DNA from: Thermotogota bacterium
GTDB taxonomy: Bacteria > Bipolaricaulota > Bipolaricaulia > UBA7950 > UBA9294
Reading direction: 5' to 3'
DNA length: 44,385 bases
NCBI GenBank assembly: GCA_039679545.1
Contig: JBDKUT010000108.1
Coordinates: 1-44,385, forward strand
Below the pieces are notes generated by a model. The model ran no database searches. It saw only the letters and a program-made list of their open reading frames with translations, and was not told where the DNA came from. Below are positions 44,265-44,385 of the stretch, in pieces (within the stretch, counting starts at the first letter, position 1; each line of letters opens with the position of its first letter). The translations under genes and the position numbers were made by a program.

Positions 44265-44385
44265 AGATGCTGTATCGAATGTCAAGTCACCTCCTCGGCC
44301 GGAGCCCTGAACGGCTCGCCACTTTCGTAGATAGCATGCGCCAGCAGTAGAAGCTTCCTGGCTGCGGCGATGCGCGCCACTTTGT
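44265..44385 (-). mobile_element. Right end of an IS110-family element (rest lies beyond the window)
   Basis: Transposase C-terminus followed by TTGACA-TTCGATACAGCAT-CT end. Confidence 0.75.
44282..44385 (-). CDS. IS110-family transposase/recombinase, C-terminal 33 aa (partial)
   Basis: Manual translation KVARIAAARKLLLLAHAIYESGEPFRAPAEEVT*, matching the IS110 C-terminal A-x-ARKL...HA...PF helix. Confidence 0.75.
   Translation of the reverse strand, partial: KVARIAAARKLLLLAHAIYESGEPFRAPAEEVT

Noticed and set aside
1..44385. CRISPR array, rRNA, tmRNA, SRP or RNase P RNA
   Set aside because: No regularly spaced repeats or recognisable signatures seen by eye

Overview
GC-rich bacterial chromosome segment that most likely contains oriC. 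Gene content points to an anaerobe; a candidate-phylum lineage such as Bipolaricaulota is only a guess. 1-10.9 kb: housekeeping genes (partial PLP aminotransferase, PAP2, lysS, greA, rnpA, xseAB, trxB, acyl-CoA ligase, small RHH protein, rarA, ion transporters). 11-20.9 kb: 12-gene group 4 membrane-bound [NiFe]-hydrogenase operon with an apparently complete complex I-like subunit set plus a maturation protease. 20.9-24.9 kb: dedA, six tRNAs, dnaA flanked by DnaA-box clusters, and a decayed DUF721/dciA-like gene where dnaN usually sits. 24.9-32.6 kb: hslVU, thrS, metK, a LarA-family gene, birA and a ferritin-like gene. 32.6-42 kb: 14-gene PerR/Fur-led oxidative-stress cluster that includes MutM and a 2-oxoacid:ferredoxin oxidoreductase. 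42-44.4 kb: a serine hydrolase, a frameshifted duplicate of the perR 5' half, and the right end of an IS110-family (bridge-recombinase-type) element missed by the ORF track. All calls come from reading motifs by eye; no database searches were run.
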